Virus record (IMG/VR): IMGVR_UViG_3300008259_005066
Location: 1-64,000 of that record
Reading direction: 5' to 3' (one strand)
DNA length: 64,000 nt
In this document: piece by piece, positions 62,192 to 64,000 of the stretch
Layout: each line of letters opens with the position of its first letter
How positions within the stretch are numbered: position 1 is the stretch's first letter
Notes under the pieces: model-generated
Database searches by the model: none
The model's input: the letters and a program-made list of their open reading frames with translations, nothing else
Told to the model about the DNA's origin: nothing
Program-made: the position numbers and the translations under genes

Positions 62192-63494
62192 GCTTGTCAA
62201 GTATGTGGGCAAATTCTGGATACAACACACGAGCGTCAAATCCAAACACACGATCCCAGCGATCGAGATGCTGTACCAATGCTGACCAACGACGATCTCG
62301 ATCATCAGGTTCTGGTAGATCCAATATCCGCAGTATTTGTAATATCTGATTTTTGGCCACCCTGCGGAAGTTGTTGGGGTCACTTTCGTTATAGTCAGAC
62401 CACACATCGGCTTCATCCAGTGCATATCTTGTCAACAAATCAAGATATGGCAGTCGATACTGATCTCTTATGTTTTTGGGTACCACAGTGATATCAAGGA
62501 AATCTGGATCTGTGCAGAGATTGCTTTTGATCAACAACCCCTTTTGCAAAGCCAACTCAATGACTTGCCAATAACTGCGCACTGTCAGCAATCCCGGTGC
62601 TGGTCTCAAGGTCACTGTGATCGTGGTGCCATTGCACTCATTGATGTAATTCTCGATGTTGGCCAGCACCATGCTATTATCTGTGCCCTGGCGAGTGTAT
62701 TCATTGAGCGTGTCCAGAGTTTCTATGCTGATCTCAAGACCCACCCTGGGGAACCGTTTGAGTTTTTCGATGATCTTTTTGTCAAAGGAAGTGCCATTGG
62801 TCACGAAACTCATGCACACATCTGTGCGACCATGATCGATCAGGAAATCCACTAGATCATGGAACCGAGGTTGTATTATGGTCTCCCCGCCCATGAAATG
62901 TATGTTCTTGAGTTTGGATATTGATACTAACTCCTCGCGGAATCTATTCCATACTTCTGGATCAGCGGTCCAATCCTGTGATACAGCACTGATCATGTTC
63001 CATTGACGATGTTGGCTGGCGATGCGGCTGGATGCTGACGGGTTACACATCTTGCAGGCGAGATTGCAGTAGTTGCCAAGATCAATGTGCAGATCGATTG
63101 GCATGCCATCATATGCACCTGCGTTGGATCGACTGTGTTCAAATTTTTCGAACCCAGGACTTTGCTGGTAACTTTCTGCAAAATTCTGCTTGGTGAATAT
63201 CACTGATTTCTGATTGCTACGATGCCGACGACTGGTGTCACTGACCTGTTCTTCGTGCCAGCATCTAGCACAATGATTCCATTGCTGATCCCCTAGCACT
63301 TGTAATCTAGCTTCACGCATGGGCACAGAATCATACCACTCCTTTATGGACATGTTCCTGATGTTGTATCGCTGTTTCAGCGATGTATCATAGGGAACAT
63401 TGGGAGTGGCATGACAGCAAAACGCCAAAGCGCCGTCCCAGTAGATATGTAATTCATACCACGGGCTGTTGCAGAATATTCTTTGATTAGACAT
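62172..63494 (-). CDS. Radical SAM protein with N-terminal SPASM/twitch-like domain
   Basis: CNLACKMC and FMGGET; N-terminal C...FCC...C..C. Confidence 0.9.
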   Translation of the reverse strand: MSNQRIFCNSPWYELHIYWDGALAFCCHATPNVPYDTSLKQRYNIRNMSIKEWYDSVPMREARLQVLGDQQWNHCARCWHEEQVSDTSRRHRSNQKSVIFTKQNFAESYQQSPGFEKFEHSRSNAGAYDGMPIDLHIDLGNYCNLACKMCNPSASSRIASQHRQWNMISAVSQDWTADPEVWNRFREELVSISKLKNIHFMGGETIIQPRFHDLVDFLIDHGRTDVCMSFVTNGTSFDKKIIEKLKRFPRVGLEISIETLDTLNEYTRQGTDNSMVLANIENYINECNGTTITVTLRPAPGLLTVRSYWQVIELALQKGLLIKSNLCTDPDFLDITVVPKNIRDQYRLPYLDLLTRYALDEADVWSDYNESDPNNFRRVAKNQILQILRILDLPEPDDRDRRWSALVQHLDRWDRVFGFDARVLYPEFAHILDKHGYLQN

Positions 63495-64000
63495 CTCGTT
63501 GGGTGATGATGCGATCAGCTAGGCCATACTCCACGGCCTGTTGTGCTGTCATCCAGTTGTCTCGATCCATATCTTTCTCCAGAGTCGCATAGTCTTTGCC
63601 GGTGTGCTGGACATAGAGTTCAGTCAAGGTCTTCTTCCAGCGCATGAGTTCTTTGTAACGGATCTCCACTTCAGTGACCTGTCCTTCAGCTCCACCCAGA
63701 GGTTGATGGATCATGTGCTGGCTGTGTGGCAGGATGAACCGCTTGCCAGCAGTGCCGGCGCAGGCCAGCATGGAGCCCATCGACGCGGCCAATCCACACA
63801 CTATGGTAGAAACATCACACTTGATGAACTGCATGGTATCATAGATGCTCATGCCCGCTGTGATTGACCCGCCTGGTGAGTTGATATAGAACAAGATGTC
63901 TCTGTCAGGATTTTCCGCTTCTAGGAACAGCATCTGCGCCACTATGAGGCTGGCTGAATGTGAGTTTACGTCTGTATCCAGCATGATGATGCGATCTCTC
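63487..64000 (-). CDS. clpP: ATP-dependent Clp protease proteolytic subunit (5'-partial)
   Basis: YINSPGG, AASMG (Ser), MIHQP (His) and DRD (Asp). Confidence 0.95.
   Translation of the reverse strand, partial: RDRIIMLDTDVNSHSASLIVAQMLFLEAENPDRDILFYINSPGGSITAGMSIYDTMQFIKCDVSTIVCGLAASMGSMLACAGTAGKRFILPHSQHMIHQPLGGAEGQVTEVEIRYKELMRWKKTLTELYVQHTGKDYATLEKDMDRDNWMTAQQAVEYGLADRIITQRDV

Noticed and set aside
1-64000. Alternative genetic code (TAG/TGA reassignment)
   Set aside because: Recognisable genes end properly at TAA, TAG or TGA and are full length in code 11.

Overview
This window is 64 kb of a large lytic tailed dsDNA phage with T4-like (myovirus-type) features. An embedded spanin pair, sigma70 promoters and erpA/nadE/infA point to a Gram-negative host, probably proteobacterial. 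Almost all genes are on the minus strand in the standard genetic code. I found no tRNA, rRNA, CRISPR array, integrase or transposase. Layout: (1) 1-9.2 kb, enzyme genes whose N-termini and linkers resemble prohead-protease processing signals (HAD phosphatase, kinase-like protein, Tat-signal protein, a 1699-aa multi-enzyme protein, glycosyltransferase, cytidyltransferase-like protein). (2) 10-17 kb, proteostasis genes (clpA, def, dnaJ) and a full lysis cassette. (3) 19-25 kb, phoH, clamp loader, groES, a dnaE fragment and mazG. (4) 25-33 kb, baseplate and tail-fibre genes. (5) 33-42 kb, host-like genes (erpA, sod, infA, nadE, YccA/BI-1, Hc1-like). (6) 42-64 kb, an early/accessory region of small genes behind repeated sigma70 promoter cassettes, with two DNA methyltransferases, radical SAM enzymes and clpP. 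Main findings: a putative set of capsid-packaged, protease-matured effectors and polyproteins, including a Tat signal just behind a predicted cleavage site; a two-gene cassette inserted into infA that supplies a synonymously recoded 3' end; an 18-bp palindrome in two helically phased positions upstream of early promoters; and three short frameshifting deletions (clpA, dnaJ, metallophosphoesterase) that may be real or assembly errors. All functional calls come from motif recognition by eye; no database searches were run.
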